This document shows positions 41,524 to 51,281 of a stretch of DNA of 64,000 nt, piece after piece. Under the pieces are notes generated by a model. That model was not told the DNA's origin. It did not search any database and saw nothing but the letters and a program-made list of their open reading frames with translations. Made by a program: the position numbers and the translations under genes. Position 1 is the first letter of the stretch. The number at the start of each line of letters is the position of its first letter. Origin of the DNA: a virus; IMG/VR virus record IMGVR_UViG_3300022539_000516. One strand, 5' to 3'.

Positions 41524-42594
41524 TTAAAATGGGAAAAGAAAAACTAAAAATACAGAGTGCATTTGGATTCTATAATCTCCAGAGATTGTGGGGAGATATT
41601 AATGACCATAATAAAGATATACGCTTTCCGCAAGAACTTCTCGAAAAAGAAATCTACAAATTAAAGGAAAAAGGCTCTACTGACATAATGCCCGAACTTG
41701 CCAAACAAGCCAGAGATGAATTGATAAAAATACTATCTGGTAGAAAATTATTTTATGAACCAAATGTCAAAAGTGTAGAAATAGCTATAAAGGTAGAATT
41801 GATTACTTTCTACTATAAAGAACATATGTATCTTACTTCGAAAGTAATAGATAATAAAGTACCGGATTTACGGAATTTAACTTCCAGACTCGATGCTTAC
41901 CAAGCATTATCATCTGGAACAATAGATAGAAGTAGTTTATTATTTATAAATGCAGATACTTTCAAAAAAATAATTGGAGATAAATTAACCGAAGAAATTA
42001 AACAAGCAATAATAGAAAAGGAGGAATAAATTGATAATAGACTGTGGTGCAAGTCTAGGAACTCCACAATCCCACGCTAGAAAAGAATATCCAGACATGA
42101 GTATTCCTGCATTAAAATGTATTTTAATGACAGAATATATAAACGGAAAACTACCTGTCAATTGTGATGATAAAAATGTCGTATGGGGTTATGTTAAACA
42201 TAGCAATGGAGAAACACATTTTATGATTGTAGATTCTGGTGGAATAATGAGATTTGAGTTTAAAGTATTAAAAACAAAGGAGGAATAATGGGCCTCGAAA
42301 CTATAAAAGAACCAGAAGGGGATGAACTTTTCGATATTCCCAAAAGACAACTTAGTGTTGAAGAAAAAGAGTATGTTGATGGTCTTAACAGAATGGTAAA
42401 AATAATATTTCGTATATACAGAATATACGAAGTAAAAGACCCCATTGTAGTACAGAGATATCTAATAGAAAAAAAGAATCTTCCAAAAACATTATGTACA
42501 TTGTCAATAATTCAACGATGGATAAATCTTTTTGAAAAAGAATATCCTATCGGGAAAAAAATAAACGATAAGTAAAATAAATGGTGCAGATACC

Positions 42595-44361
42595 ATGATT
42601 GAAATTGATTCTTCAGTAGAAATAATGCATGCCTCCACTCGAAACGGAGAAACAGGAACAGTTGTTTCCGGATTAGACAGTGGCGACTGTTATATGATAG
42701 AATTTGCGGATGGAGAAAAACAAAGATTTTACAAAAGTTATGTAAAACTCGTTCCACTTCGAATAGGACAAGAAATAATAATAGCAAAAGATTTCCATAG
42801 AGAAGGGAAAATTGGAAAAATAAAAGATATTTGCGGTAGTGACCCCACCTGCAGAATTGTAATTCTTAAAGACGGAACAGTAGACCATTATCCACTAAGT
42901 GCATTACTCCCCTATAAAGGCAAAGGACTAAAATCTTCTAAAGAAGAACCTCATATTTTATTAAAAATAAATATTGGAAATCAAGAACTAGAAAAGTTTT
43001 TAGGAAAAGACAAAATAGCATATAATTGTGCCAGAACTTTTCTCTATGACATTATTATGAATTGTAAAGAAGATAAATATGGTCAACAAATAAAAATAGA
43101 TAAGGAAGGAGTTAAAAAATTAAGAGAGATTTTTCCATTATCTTTAGAAGAGGATAACGTATTTACAATTGATACTGGAATTTATCTTATGGGAGAAAGG
43201 TCTTATGTATCCGGTCTTTATACATCGAATAGAATGAAATTTTTTGAAAGATTTTTTAAAATAGCTCTTTCTTTAAATAAAATAAAAAATATATTTAAAA
43301 ATAAAGAAATATATATAAAATTTGAATTTGATGGAGTCTCTTTGAGAGATATCGTTGGAAATAGTAGACTTTTAGGAATGCAAAATTCTTTAATAATAGT
43401 CTTTCACGGAAGAAATAACTATACAAACAATATATTTCCTGTAGAAGATCGATATTCGTGGTATAAACCAACATGGGGAAAACCTATAATCTATAACCAA
43501 ATTGTGGGAGGAACATCAAAAATCCAAAACGGAATAACTGTAATTGAATTATGTATAAACACTATATTCTATATGGCCAACAGGTCTGAAGAAGAAGCAG
43601 AAAAACTTTTACATATTATTTTAGAACTAGCTTATAAAAAAGACCCTGCAATACAAATTGATTCCGAAGAAGCAGAAAAACAATTAAAAGAATTTTTTTC
43701 TTCAAAAAATAGAAACATCAAGGATAATATATCTACTGCACATATAGTGATTGCAGACTCAATGTGTAAGATAAAACAACAATATGATAAAATCTCAGAA
43801 ATGGCATTTCAATTGACAAGATTGGAATCTAAAACTGACGAAATAAAAACACTATCAGAAGTAAATGGGGTAAAACATGTATTCCTATCCGAAGAAAAAA
43901 TCCTTATTATAACAAAAGATATAGTTTTTGGACTCGAAAACTTTGAAGGAGAACCCCTAGAACTACCTATGGGTCCATATCTAATCTCAATAGATGTCAG
44001 GAATACGCAAATAAGTGTCATTCCTTACGCAGATAAAGTAATACATCCATTTCATCCTTATATAACACGTAACGGGAAAGCATGCTACGGTAATTATAAG
44101 GAATTTATTATCGAAGCTTTAGGAGAAATGGATTATCATAATCTTGTCGGTTATCTTTTGGAGTGGTTGGAAAAAAGTTATAACACTACCGAAAGACCAG
44201 AAAATGACCTTCAAATCTTTATAAAAAGAGCTACAAGAATAAGAAAAAAACAGCCAGAATTAACTCAACGAGAAGAAGACAGTATAAGAGATGGTATTTC
44301 TACTGATGAAGAAGAGGAAGAGGAAGAAGAAGAAAATACTTCGGAGTCCGACAACTCTTAA
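42595..44361 (+). CDS. prokaryotic E2 (ubiquitin-conjugating-like) protein with N-terminal tandem SH3-like domains
   Basis: HPYITRNGKAC has the exact spacing of the UBC HPNIxxxGxIC motif (Cys497, codon 44083-44085); acidic tail. Confidence 0.75.
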   Translation: MIEIDSSVEIMHASTRNGETGTVVSGLDSGDCYMIEFADGEKQRFYKSYVKLVPLRIGQEIIIAKDFHREGKIGKIKDICGSDPTCRIVILKDGTVDHYPLSALLPYKGKGLKSSKEEPHILLKINIGNQELEKFLGKDKIAYNCARTFLYDIIMNCKEDKYGQQIKIDKEGVKKLREIFPLSLEEDNVFTIDTGIYLMGERSYVSGLYTSNRMKFFERFFKIALSLNKIKNIFKNKEIYIKFEFDGVSLRDIVGNSRLLGMQNSLIIVFHGRNNYTNNIFPVEDRYSWYKPTWGKPIIYNQIVGGTSKIQNGITVIELCINTIFYMANRSEEEAEKLLHIILELAYKKDPAIQIDSEEAEKQLKEFFSSKNRNIKDNISTAHIVIADSMCKIKQQYDKISEMAFQLTRLESKTDEIKTLSEVNGVKHVFLSEEKILIITKDIVFGLENFEGEPLELPMGPYLISIDVRNTQISVIPYADKVIHPFHPYITRNGKACYGNYKEFIIEALGEMDYHNLVGYLLEWLEKSYNTTERPENDLQIFIKRATRIRKKQPELTQREEDSIRDGISTDEEEEEEEEENTSESDNS

Positions 44362-44372
44362 TAGGAGAAAAA

Positions 44373-44966
44373 ATGACAGAAAATCAAGATTTTAAAATAC
44401 CAGACTTGAGAGCAAGAAGAAAAATGAACAAAAATGCGACAGAGAAATTAATATCTAAAATGAGTACAATGGCAAAAGAATTAACGCCCAAAGTAGTTGC
44501 AATAGACGGAGATAATAAAGAAGTTATTAAAAAAAATAAACATTATATTGAAGCCCACAAAACACTTCCAGAAAACTATCAATTACTTTCAAATCAAGAA
44601 TTAACTCAATTAGGAAAAGAATTACTAAATACAAAAACATCTATTAGAAGAAAAGAAAAGATACTTTTAATTCTTGCCCACAATGGAAACTGGAAAGCTC
44701 TCCGTCCACTAGAAATGTATGTTAAAAATCCAGATAAAGGAATGCGTATTTTGGCAGAACTTGCATTTGAAGAATGTAGATTCTGGTTTGACAAAGACCC
44801 ATACGAGAGAAATCCGGAAGAACAAGTTTATCTAGGGTTTGAAGCTAAAAAACCTTGTCCATGTGGTAGTAAAAAATTGTTCAAGGAATGTCATGGAAAA
44901 CTTCCGTATGGACCGCCTGCGGAACAACCAAAATGTAAATTACAAGTCAAAAAGGAGAAAAAATGA
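44373..44966 (+). CDS. SEC-C zinc-motif protein
   Basis: KKPCPCGSKKLFKECHG. Confidence 0.8.
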   Translation: MTENQDFKIPDLRARRKMNKNATEKLISKMSTMAKELTPKVVAIDGDNKEVIKKNKHYIEAHKTLPENYQLLSNQELTQLGKELLNTKTSIRRKEKILLILAHNGNWKALRPLEMYVKNPDKGMRILAELAFEECRFWFDKDPYERNPEEQVYLGFEAKKPCPCGSKKLFKECHGKLPYGPPAEQPKCKLQVKKEKK

Positions 44967-45982
44967 TATTGTGGATAAAACCTTTTGCGCTCAAAAAACT
45001 AGAACTTTTTTATGAAAAAGCTGATGGAGAAATAAGTGGTTTTGGAGTAGTAAAAAAAATTAATGGAGAATTAGTAGTATATGATGTTTTCATATTCAAA
45101 CAAGAATGTGGTAGAGCAAGTACCGAAGTAGACCCTTCAAAAACATTGGATTATATAGAAGAACACCCCGATTCTTTAGAAGATATAAAATTGTGGTGGC
45201 ATACGCACAAAAACTTTGACGCTTCTTGGAGTAGAGACGATGAAGAAACAATAGAAACCCTTATTAGTATCCCTGATTGGTTTATAAGTATAGTTATAGG
45301 TAGAGATGAAACTCTTGCAAGATTTGATATGTGTAATCCATTTAGAATTACAGAAGGCGATATCGAAATTAGACCAAGAATAATCTTTTCTGAAGATATG
45401 CTTAAAAGGATAACTAAATGGGTTGAAAAAGAAATAGAAGAAAAAGTAGTAGAAAAGAAATATGGTCTTGCGACAGTGGATTATGAACATCTTGGATTTA
45501 AAAGAACCGATTTAACTCCTGCAGAAATTGCAGAAATTCCTGTATGTCACTCAATTGAAGAATTTAATAGACGCCAGAAAGAATTATTTGGTTCTGCTGC
45601 ACATTTAGTAGACAAGGATGCTATTGATTTAGCAAATTTTCCACGAGAAGATTGCGAGGAAGAAGAAAAAGAGGAAGAAAAAAAAGAAGAAGGAAAAGAT
45701 GGGGGAAAAAAAGAAGGAAAAAACGAGAAAAACGATAAGAAAGAATACAAATTTGGAAACGAAATATATTATAAAAAAGGAAAAAACGAGAAAAACGATA
45801 AGAAAGAATACAAATTTGGAAACAAAATATATTATAAAAAAGAAAAAAAAGAGAAAAACGATAAGAAAGAATACAAATTTGGAAACAAAATATATTATAA
45901 AAAAGAAAAAAAAGAGAAAAAAGACGATAAAGAAGAAAATAAGCAGGGATACATATTACCCGGAAGGATAAAACGAGCATAA
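44963..45982 (+). CDS. JAB/MPN+ (JAMM) metalloisopeptidase
   Basis: EISGFG plus HTH-x7-S-x2-D (HTHKNFDASWSRDD), a complete JAMM motif. Confidence 0.88.
   Translation: MILWIKPFALKKLELFYEKADGEISGFGVVKKINGELVVYDVFIFKQECGRASTEVDPSKTLDYIEEHPDSLEDIKLWWHTHKNFDASWSRDDEETIETLISIPDWFISIVIGRDETLARFDMCNPFRITEGDIEIRPRIIFSEDMLKRITKWVEKEIEEKVVEKKYGLATVDYEHLGFKRTDLTPAEIAEIPVCHSIEEFNRRQKELFGSAAHLVDKDAIDLANFPREDCEEEEKEEEKKEEGKDGGKKEGKNEKNDKKEYKFGNEIYYKKGKNEKNDKKEYKFGNKIYYKKEKKEKNDKKEYKFGNKIYYKKEKKEKKDDKEENKQGYILPGRIKRA
45725..45913 (+). repeat. 63-bp tandem repeat x3 (plus a partial copy) in the JAB tail
   Basis: units start at 45725, 45788, 45851, partial at 45914; encode EKNDKKEYKFGN(E/K)IYYKK(G/E)K(N/K). 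Confidence 0.95.
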
Positions 45983-46003
45983 TGGTGAAGTAAAAAAACA
46001 AAT

Positions 46004-46759
46004 TTGATTAATATGGACTTAACCAGACAAACAGACATAATCCATCGAAATAAACTCTGTACACCTTGTACAGTAGTAGGTGCTGGAGCAATTGGTAGCT
46101 TTGTAGCATTAACCTTAGCAAAGATGGGAATACCAAGAATAGATATATTTGACAAAGATATAGTAGAAGAAGAAAATCTACCAAATCAGTGGTTTAAACT
46201 TGATGCTATTGGAAAAAAGAAAGCCTATGAAACAGAACGTTTAATCAAACAATTTTCTGATTCGACAATATTTGGGCATGCAAGGAATTTAGAACCAGAA
46301 AATTTTGGAAAACTAAAAGAATTTATTCATCCAATAGTAGTATCATGTGTAGATAGTATGAAAGTGAGAAAAGAGATTCTTGATTTTTTAAAGAAAAAAA
46401 TAGAACACAAATTATTCATTGATGCAAGGATGGCAGGACAAGTAATAAATGTATTAACAATTAACCCAAAACTAAATAGTGATGTATGGTTTTATGAGCA
46501 ACATTGGTATTCTGATTCAGAAGCTGTACAAGAAAGATGTACCGAAAAAGCAATAATATATACCAGTACAATAGCAGCTGGCCTTATTTGTAATCAGGTC
46601 AAGAAGTTTCTTAACGGAGAAAAACTTAATAGAGAAATTATCTTTGATGCACAAACTTTAGAATTTATTATAGAAGAAGATATATCTCCAGAAACCCCAG
46701 CGCAAACCCCTGAAATACCAGACTATGAAGTTGAAGAAAACGAAGTATACCAAGAATAA
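46004..46759 (+). CDS. ThiF/E1-like adenylyltransferase (Ubl-activating enzyme)
   Basis: VVGAGAIGS, DKDIVEEENLPNQ, GKKKA, CVDS, DARM, candidate catalytic Cys in QERCTEK. Confidence 0.92.
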   Translation: MINMDLTRQTDIIHRNKLCTPCTVVGAGAIGSFVALTLAKMGIPRIDIFDKDIVEEENLPNQWFKLDAIGKKKAYETERLIKQFSDSTIFGHARNLEPENFGKLKEFIHPIVVSCVDSMKVRKEILDFLKKKIEHKLFIDARMAGQVINVLTINPKLNSDVWFYEQHWYSDSEAVQERCTEKAIIYTSTIAAGLICNQVKKFLNGEKLNREIIFDAQTLEFIIEEDISPETPAQTPEIPDYEVEENEVYQE

Positions 46760-46792
46760 ATTGCCATTTTTGAACGAAAGGAGGTGAAAATA

Positions 46793-47002
46793 ATGGAAAT
46801 TTCTGTAACCATCTCTACCCTTGGAAAGGGTACGATGAAGCAAAAAGTGCGTCAAGGTTCGACTGTAGCAGATGTTATCAAGAAGATTGGTGGAGCACCA
46901 GCTAACTTCACTGCCAGAATAAGGGGCAATACGGTTCCTCTGGAAACGAAGCTGAAAAAGGGAACAAAAATCATCTTGGCGCCAAAAGCAAAGGGTGGTT
47001 GA
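46793..47002 (+). CDS. ubiquitin-like beta-grasp protein with C-terminal Gly-Gly
   Basis: 69 aa, GSTVADVI...LKKGTKIILAPKAKGG-stop; AAAGGAGGTGA RBS. Confidence 0.88.
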   Translation: MEISVTISTLGKGTMKQKVRQGSTVADVIKKIGGAPANFTARIRGNTVPLETKLKKGTKIILAPKAKGG

Positions 47003-47008
47003 AAAGAC

Positions 47009-47048
47009 TAACACCCTCTACGGATTTCAAAATTCGTAGAGGGTGTTA
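47009..47048. terminator. 14-bp hairpin after the Ubl gene
   Basis: TAACACCCTCTACG / CGTAGAGGGTGTTA; no + strand U-tract. Confidence 0.55.
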
Positions 47049-47106
47049 AAAACAAGCTAACTGAAAAAATTGGACTTAATCAATAAACATAAAAAGGTAG
47101 ATAACT

Positions 47107-47607
47107 ATGAAAAAACTAGGTATTATATTTGTTCTTTTTCTTATCTTTTGCAGTTGTCCTTCAGCAAAAAACCTATTAAACACTTCGTATTCTGAATTAG
47201 GTATAACTCTTGGAACTCCATGCGGACTAAATCTGGCTGCCGGAAATTGGCATGGTAGATTTGGAATAAAAGCAACAGGGATGTTTTATGCACCTGGTGT
47301 ATATGGACTCCAAACCACTTTGGGATTTAAATTATCAGACAGCCATAAAATTCGTCATGGTGTAGGACTTGCTTTTGGAAGTATGCAATTAGAATATACT
47401 GACTGGATGTCCGCAGGAATTGTTTACAATATGAATGTAAAAGGATTCTTTTTTGAAGCTGGACTTGCAGTAGGAAGATTCACAGAAGAATCCTTTTATA
47501 TTCATGGAGATTATTTTTATTCATGTTCAAGTAGTTCTACATCTCCACATCTTCTTCTTCAAATTGGCTACATACACCGTCTTCTTCCAGAAGTTGGAGT
47601 AAATTGA
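47107..47607 (+). CDS. exported/lipoprotein, outer-membrane beta-barrel-like
   Basis: signal peptide with FCSC; alternating Gly/aromatic beta-strands. Confidence 0.55.
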   Translation: MKKLGIIFVLFLIFCSCPSAKNLLNTSYSELGITLGTPCGLNLAAGNWHGRFGIKATGMFYAPGVYGLQTTLGFKLSDSHKIRHGVGLAFGSMQLEYTDWMSAGIVYNMNVKGFFFEAGLAVGRFTEESFYIHGDYFYSCSSSSTSPHLLLQIGYIHRLLPEVGVN

Positions 47608-47642
47608 TGAAGATAAACCCGGTTAATTAGCAAAAGTCGATA

Positions 47643-48503
47643 ATGCGATATAGAATAACAGAATTAAGAGAATACGCTAACTGTCCTAAAAAATACCAAA
47701 TTAGAAAAATCTGGAATTTTAAACCAGATTTTGTAAAGCCAGAATTGTTATTTGGTACAATTTGTCATAGATTGATAAAAGAATTACATACAAACAAAGA
47801 ATTCGACTTAGATAATCTTGGAACACTATTTGAATTTTTGTGGAATTCAGAAGAAACAAAGAGAGACATACCTATAGCCTATAAAAATAAATGGAAAGAA
47901 ACTATTGAAATATATAAAAAACAAGTAGTTGAAATCTTTACAAACTATTTAACAAAAGACTATAATAAGAATTCAGAGTTTATATTTTCAGAAAAAAGAT
48001 TTGAAGTAGATATTGACCAATTTCAATTTGAAGGTACTATAGATGAAGTAAGAAAATTTGAAAACAAACTTATTCTTGTCGACTATAAAACTGGCAAAAC
48101 TAAACCCAAAATAGAAGTTTTGAAAAAAGATTTACAACTGAGATTTTACGCATATGCTTTAAAGTACGGTAATTTGGGAATAAATAGAATACCAGATGAA
48201 ATGTGGATTTATTTTTTACCTAATCACATTCCATATAGACGAAACACAAAAGACGCCAAAAAAGGTGACGAAAGAGGAGACCCACGATACATTGTAGAGT
48301 GCTCAGAATGGGATATACATTATCTTCCAGAAGATATAATACCAATATGTCAATCAATAGAAAAAGGAACTTTTTTTAGAAATCCCGGAGCTTTTACTTG
48401 TGGAATGTGTCAATATATAACCATGTGTCAAGAAGATATGCAACCACCAATAATCTCAAAAGCAATAATTGAAAAGGGGAAAGAATTAATATTGGAAGAA
48501 TGA
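47643..48503 (+). CDS. PD-(D/E)xK RecB/Cas4-like exonuclease
   Basis: NCPKKY, GTID, LVDYKTG, QLRFYAYA, C-terminal CGMCQYITMC. Confidence 0.9.
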   Translation: MRYRITELREYANCPKKYQIRKIWNFKPDFVKPELLFGTICHRLIKELHTNKEFDLDNLGTLFEFLWNSEETKRDIPIAYKNKWKETIEIYKKQVVEIFTNYLTKDYNKNSEFIFSEKRFEVDIDQFQFEGTIDEVRKFENKLILVDYKTGKTKPKIEVLKKDLQLRFYAYALKYGNLGINRIPDEMWIYFLPNHIPYRRNTKDAKKGDERGDPRYIVECSEWDIHYLPEDIIPICQSIEKGTFFRNPGAFTCGMCQYITMCQEDMQPPIISKAIIEKGKELILEE

Positions 48504-48793
48504 AAGGAGAAACTATGCTGAAAATTCATAAATATACACTAGGAGAAAATGCTTCTCAAGCTATAGAAATACCACATCTAACAAAAATTCTATCTGTTGC
48601 AGAACAATATGATAAAATCGTTCTATATGTTCTTGTAGATGATGAAAATAACCAGTATAAAAAAATTACCGTATACATTTTGGCAACCGGAGAACAATCT
48701 TCTTGTCTTTCTTACGATAAAATTGACTTCATTGGAACCGTAAAACTCTATAATGGACAAATGTTTTTTCATGTCTTTGTAAAGAAAGATTAA
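48500..48793 (+). CDS. conserved phage hypothetical protein
   Basis: IHKYTL..ILSVAEQ..LYVLVD..TGE..FIGTV..FFHVF, a common phage family. Confidence 0.6.
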   Translation: MKGETMLKIHKYTLGENASQAIEIPHLTKILSVAEQYDKIVLYVLVDDENNQYKKITVYILATGEQSSCLSYDKIDFIGTVKLYNGQMFFHVFVKKD

Positions 48794-49012
48794 TCATATG
48801 AATACAAAAGAACATACCGTACAAACATCCTCAGCAAAAGCTCGTCTGAATGATGCTCATAGAGCTATTGTAAACTTTAGAGAACTAAATAAAGACTATG
48901 TATTAAGATATAAAATGCTATCTTCTAATTCTTAACTTAGTTGAATCTTGGTTGAAATTGCTTTGTCAAGATATTAAGTAATTTCTATTCTAAAAAGAAA
49001 GGGGGTGAAAAA

Positions 49013-49807
49013 ATGCCAAAGATAGACGAAACAGCGGAAGGAACTGTTGCCAAAAGAGAAGAAACTCCAACTCCTGCAGAACTTGGAATAGACGGATTGA
49101 AAGAAAAAATGGAGACTCTTAAAAAAGACGGACTGACACCGGATGAAAAAGATTACGAAGGATTTCCACCAGAAGCACCCGCTATTACTCATATACTGAT
49201 TCGTCAAAAGAATCAAGAAGACGAAAGCGGAGAAATTGAAATAAAAGCCGGTGGATTCAAATACCATGGAACTGAAGAAGATGATGATGTAGAATTGAGC
49301 GCAGTAATGCTATATGGAACTCCAGGAAGATTCTACTACAAAGACCAATCAGCAATTTCTGGTCACACGCAACCTGATTGTAGAAGTTGGGACGGAATTA
49401 CTGGAACTTCTTTTGGCTCATGCATAAATTGCGAATTCAGCAAATGGCCCGAAGGAAAACCGTCAGATTGCAAAGAGCAAAGACGAATATTAATATGGAA
49501 TCTCGATAGAGAGGAGCCTTTTGTTCTGGTAATAGGACCATCCGGACTTGGAGTATGGCGACGACTGGTACGAGAAGTAAACAAAAGTAAAATCCCAATG
49601 TACTATATAATCTTTAAAATTGGGACAAAATTCTTCAAAGACCCTGCGTCTCACTATAAACCGACATTTCTTGCGACTGGACTTCTCAAAAAGGATGAAA
49701 TCCTACAACTGAGTAAACTGCGAGAACAGTACGAAGAAACTGTAATTGCCCTTAATCAGAGATTTATTCCAACGGCTGATGAAGCAGCTACTGAAGAATT
49801 GGGATAA
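49013..49807 (+). CDS. putative ssDNA-binding protein
   Basis: PDCRSWDG..CINCEFSKW..DCKEQRRI..LVIGPSGL; acidic termini; next to the exonuclease. Confidence 0.5.
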   Translation: MPKIDETAEGTVAKREETPTPAELGIDGLKEKMETLKKDGLTPDEKDYEGFPPEAPAITHILIRQKNQEDESGEIEIKAGGFKYHGTEEDDDVELSAVMLYGTPGRFYYKDQSAISGHTQPDCRSWDGITGTSFGSCINCEFSKWPEGKPSDCKEQRRILIWNLDREEPFVLVIGPSGLGVWRRLVREVNKSKIPMYYIIFKIGTKFFKDPASHYKPTFLATGLLKKDEILQLSKLREQYEETVIALNQRFIPTADEAATEELG

Positions 49808-50179
49808 AAAAGATATAGGCACAGTCAGTCTAATTTTCGTGTCTATGTCTTGTCAACATATACACTCCCATCGCTGGCTGTGCCTTATACCTCTAAGGAA
49901 AATTATGAACGGAAAACTTTTTACGGTAATAATATTACTATTAATAATACTATTTTTCTTTTTAGTAATTTCTTCTAGAAACAAAAATGTAACTATGCAT
50001 ACCTATAAAACAGAATTATGGAAAGAAATGAAAGAAAATTCCTGTAATATTGTAATAGATAGTATAAAAACTCCTTTTGTATTTATCAGTTTTGAAGATT
50101 CAATAAATGGAATTAAAACTCAAATAACTTTTGGCGTAGATGTTTTCATAAAACAGACAACATTAAAGAAAGTCTCCAG

Positions 50180-51262
50180 ATGACTCTTCTTAAAATAAAA
50201 GAAGTAGTTAAAATTCTCGAAGAAGCTGGCTATAAAGTAAAAAGTGAAAAGAAACATCTTAAAGTAAGCGGTCCAAATATAAATACTGGAGAATATGTAG
50301 CAGCCACTCTTCGTCATGTTGGTGGGAAAACAGGAGCAGAAATTCCAGAACATATAGTATTTCAAATAAGAAATGAATTAGGAATAGACTTACGACACGC
50401 AAAAGGATTGAAATTGAAAGTTGTAGAGTTAAACAAAACTGAAAAACTAAAATATCTTGGTGTAAATAGAATTGTAAACAGAAAATGGATTGCAAAAATA
50501 ACTCCTGACAAATCTTTAGCTGAAGGAGAAAAAATGCCAGAAGAAAGTTTATTCAAAACTATAATCTTGCTTGCTGAAGTTATTCACAAAGGAAACATTC
50601 ACGAATCAGTTGTAAAATCTTTAAGAGAACAACAAAGAAAAGGAGAAAAAAAAGAAGAAGAACTTCTTTTTGAAAAGGATATAATAATCGAAAAATTGCA
50701 ATCTGAAATAAAAGTTCTTAGAAAAGATTTAGAAAAAACAGAAGTTAGAAAAGGTTTAAAAAAGAAAATTGAACGAGGCAAAAGATTTACCCATGATGAC
50801 AAAAGAGAAATATATGTTAGAATAATGAGAGGAAAAGAACTCGATGCAAGACAAAAAAACTATTTAAGATTACGTAGGATAACTGAAGAAGAAGTTAAAA
50901 AATTAAAAGGATTTGAAGAATTCCTTGCTATAAAGTGTGTTTCATGGTCAAAATGGAAAGAAGAAGATAAAAAGAAAACAGAAGTAAAAAAAGAAGAAGG
51001 ACGTACTGAAGATAAAAAAGGAGGACAAAAAACGATTAAAATGTGGACAGAGCAAGAAAAGCGAAGATTATTTGAAAAAATAAAAATGGGTTCAGAATTA
51101 GACAAAAGAGAAAGAAAGTATCTTCAAAATCGTGGACTTCCAATTGCTAAAGCAAAAGGTTTAACATGGCTGGAATTTTTAGCTGTACCTACATTTTGGA
51201 GTAGAAAATATTCAGTTAAAGCTAAACAACAAACCGGCGCGGACAATAAAGATAATCAATAA
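50180..51262 (+). CDS. multidomain protein: N-terminal HicA-like domain, coiled coil, two C-terminal repeats
   Basis: ILEEAGYKVKSEKKHLKV...EIPEHIVFQIRNELGI; repeated ~50-aa unit. Confidence 0.5.
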   Translation: MTLLKIKEVVKILEEAGYKVKSEKKHLKVSGPNINTGEYVAATLRHVGGKTGAEIPEHIVFQIRNELGIDLRHAKGLKLKVVELNKTEKLKYLGVNRIVNRKWIAKITPDKSLAEGEKMPEESLFKTIILLAEVIHKGNIHESVVKSLREQQRKGEKKEEELLFEKDIIIEKLQSEIKVLRKDLEKTEVRKGLKKKIERGKRFTHDDKREIYVRIMRGKELDARQKNYLRLRRITEEEVKKLKGFEEFLAIKCVSWSKWKEEDKKKTEVKKEEGRTEDKKGGQKTIKMWTEQEKRRLFEKIKMGSELDKRERKYLQNRGLPIAKAKGLTWLEFLAVPTFWSRKYSVKAKQQTGADNKDNQ

Positions 51263-51281
51263 TTAAGTTGATTATCTAACC

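Noticed and set aside
42595-47002. E1/Ubl as a thiamine or molybdopterin sulfur-relay pair
   Set aside because: No thiG/moaE/cysteine desulfurase or rhodanese nearby, while E2-like and JAB genes are adjacent; not fully excluded without biochemistry.
47643-48503. Cas4 as evidence of a CRISPR-Cas locus
   Set aside because: It is a stand-alone RecB/Cas4-like nuclease next to an SSB-like gene, typical of phage recombination modules; no cas1/cas2 or array.
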